DNA from: Candidatus Dormiibacterota bacterium
GTDB taxonomy: Bacteria; Chloroflexota; Dormibacteria; Dormibacterales; Dormibacteraceae
Assembly (NCBI GenBank): GCA_046727555.1
Contig: JBKPCW010000144.1
Location: forward strand, 1 to 26,741
DNA: 26,741 nucleotides
Reading direction: 5' to 3'
This document shows positions 25,086 to 26,741 of this stretch, one piece after another; the stretch's first letter is position 1, and every line of letters begins with the position of its first letter. The notes beneath the pieces are model-generated. The model did not search any database. It worked only from the letters and a program-made list of their open reading frames with translations, and was not told the origin of the DNA. The position numbers were made by a program, and so were the translations under genes.

Positions 25086-25843
25086 GCGTCTCCTTCGACC
25101 GGGCCGCGGGTTACTACGACCAGACCCGAAGCCTCCCCGAAAAGGTGATGGCGCAGTTGGTGCCGATGCTCATCGCCGAGCTGCCGGCGGGCACTTGCCT
25201 CGAGATCGGCGTCGGCACCGGCCGGATCGCAATGCCGTTGATGCTGCGCGGGGTCGACGTGGTGGGCGTCGACATCGCGCTCGAGATGCTTCGCCTGCTG
25301 CTGTCGAAGAGCCGGGCCGCAAGGCTCGCGCTCGCCGACGCGACGCGCCTGCCGTTTCGCGACCGAACCTTCAAGTCAGCGATTGCGTCTCACGTCCTCC
25401 ATCTGATCCCAGGGTGGAAGGTCGCCCTCGACGAGCTCACCCGCGTGGTGGCGCCGGGCGGGGTGATCCTCGCCTCGCGCAGCGCCGACACGAAGGCGGT
25501 GTGGCATCGCGCGGTCCGGCGCCGCTTCTTCGTCGAGGCGGGCGATCCGCCCTGGCCTCCCGGAATCGATCGGATCGAGCAGCTCGACGAAGAGATGGAG
25601 GCGCGCGGCGCCACGGTTCGCCGCCTCGGCGACGTGCACAACGAGGAGCAGGTCAGCATCGACGACCTCCTGGCGGCGCTGGCAAAAGGGGTCTGGTCGG
25701 CTTGCTGGTCGATCGACGAACCGACGCGCTTGCGCGCCGCGGCGGCGACGCGGGAGTGGGCGGCCGGCGAGTTCGGCGACCTCCGGGCGAGGCGGCCGAC
25801 CCGGCACGAGTCAGACTGGCGCGCCTACGCCTTACCCGAGTAG
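25082..25843 (+). CDS. Class I SAM-dependent methyltransferase
   Basis: TTG 25082 overlaps the ligase stop (TTGA); SFDRAAGYYD, LEIGVGTG motif I, VGVDIA, ADATRLPF, HVLHLIP; 253 aa. Confidence 0.9.
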   Translation: MSVSFDRAAGYYDQTRSLPEKVMAQLVPMLIAELPAGTCLEIGVGTGRIAMPLMLRGVDVVGVDIALEMLRLLLSKSRAARLALADATRLPFRDRTFKSAIASHVLHLIPGWKVALDELTRVVAPGGVILASRSADTKAVWHRAVRRRFFVEAGDPPWPPGIDRIEQLDEEMEARGATVRRLGDVHNEEQVSIDDLLAALAKGVWSACWSIDEPTRLRAAAATREWAAGEFGDLRARRPTRHESDWRAYALPE

Positions 25844-26698
25844 GGGAAGGACGAACTCCAGGGAGCGGCTCACCCGGCCGAGCGGGCGGTCGTCCCGCGA
25901 GGCGAGCCTGGTCTCCTGCTCGAGCGTGTACCAGCCTCGGTACTTCGTCGCGCGCAGCGCCTCGGTGACCCGAGACACGTCGGCTCCCCCCTCACCGGCC
26001 GCGACGTACAGTCCGCGAGCCACCGCCTCGGGGTAGTCGAGCGAGCCATCGCGCACGCGCCGGGCGACGTCCGTGTCGACGTCGTTGAGGTGGACGTGCT
26101 GGATGCGGCCGTGGGTGAGCTCGATCACCTCGACCGGGTCCGCGCCGGCGATGACCAGGTGGGCGACGTCGAGGCAGACGCCGGCCTCCGAGCCGACCAG
26201 CAGCCGCTCGATCTCCCGCGGACCCTGGATGATGCTGCCGAAGCGCGGCTGCACCGCGACCTTCAGGCGGTGGCGCGCGCACACGTGCTCGACCGAGCCG
26301 ACGGAGTGGAGGAGGTGCGCCCACTCCGAGTTGGAGAGCGGCGTGTGGTTCGAGGCAGCCGGCCCGCGTTCCGAGATGGCCGCGAGGACCAGCGTCTCGG
26401 CGCCGATCGCCGACAGCCAGTGCGCATGGCCGTCGATGTGCGCGAGCTCTGACCCGCGGATGTCGTGGTGGTGCAGGACCGCGTGCACCTGGCCCGCAAC
26501 CACCTTGAGGCGATGGCGGCGAAGCACCGCCCTCGCCTGGTCGCTGCGATCGGGGAGGAAGCGAGGCGGTCCTGCGGTGATCGCGCCTTCGCCCACTGCT
26601 GCGGCCTCCGAGAGCACCCGTTCGGCGTCGATCTGGTGACCCCAGCCGCTCGTCTCGTTGATCCCCCAGCATCCGGGGGAGAGGGCGAGCCGGTGCAT
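25832..26698 (-). CDS. Sugar phosphate isomerase/epimerase TIM-barrel protein, divergent IolE/MocC (inosose dehydratase)-like
   Basis: SPGCWG...GWG...ERVLSE...GPPRFLP N-terminus, CLDVAH, HVHLND and YRGWYTLEQE motifs; 288 aa; 12-bp convergent overlap with the methyltransferase. Confidence 0.78.
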   Translation of the reverse strand: MHRLALSPGCWGINETSGWGHQIDAERVLSEAAAVGEGAITAGPPRFLPDRSDQARAVLRRHRLKVVAGQVHAVLHHHDIRGSELAHIDGHAHWLSAIGAETLVLAAISERGPAASNHTPLSNSEWAHLLHSVGSVEHVCARHRLKVAVQPRFGSIIQGPREIERLLVGSEAGVCLDVAHLVIAGADPVEVIELTHGRIQHVHLNDVDTDVARRVRDGSLDYPEAVARGLYVAAGEGGADVSRVTEALRATKYRGWYTLEQETRLASRDDRPLGRVSRSLEFVLPLLG

Positions 26699-26741
26699 CG
26701 ACCGAGGCCGCCGGCCCCGGATCCCACCCCAGCTGAGACCC

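Overview
GC-rich bacterial window (about 70% GC by eye), densely coding, with no RNA genes, CRISPR array or transposase. The centre (about 2.8-18.5 kb) is a one-carbon/corrinoid cluster. One arm is divergent from an IclR gene and runs corrinoid protein - methyl-THF:corrinoid methyltransferase - RACo/RamA-type activator - DUF1638 - 'virulence factor' domain protein - DinB. A non-pyrrolysine MttB-family methyltransferase and an FTCD_C/FchA-like cyclohydrolase converge on it. On the other side, a PotD/AfuA-like ABC importer is translationally coupled to a signal-less TIGR03767-type metallophosphoesterase, followed by metF, fhs and a VOC enzyme. Together these suggest import and demethylation of an N-methyl compound (betaine-like, perhaps delivered as a phosphoester), with methyl groups oxidised on THF towards formate. 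No homocysteine methyltransferase module or FolD is present in the window. Left flank: a 5'-truncated membrane Hdr/FadF-like Fe-S oxidoreductase. Right flank: an unusual compact Upf1-like SF1 helicase with an inserted zinc ribbon, a HIT protein, two lipoproteins, an acyl-CoA synthetase, a SAM methyltransferase and a divergent IolE-like TIM barrel. Several intergenic gaps hold short palindromic repeats, and several genes look leaderless. All family assignments come from motif recognition by eye; no database search was run.
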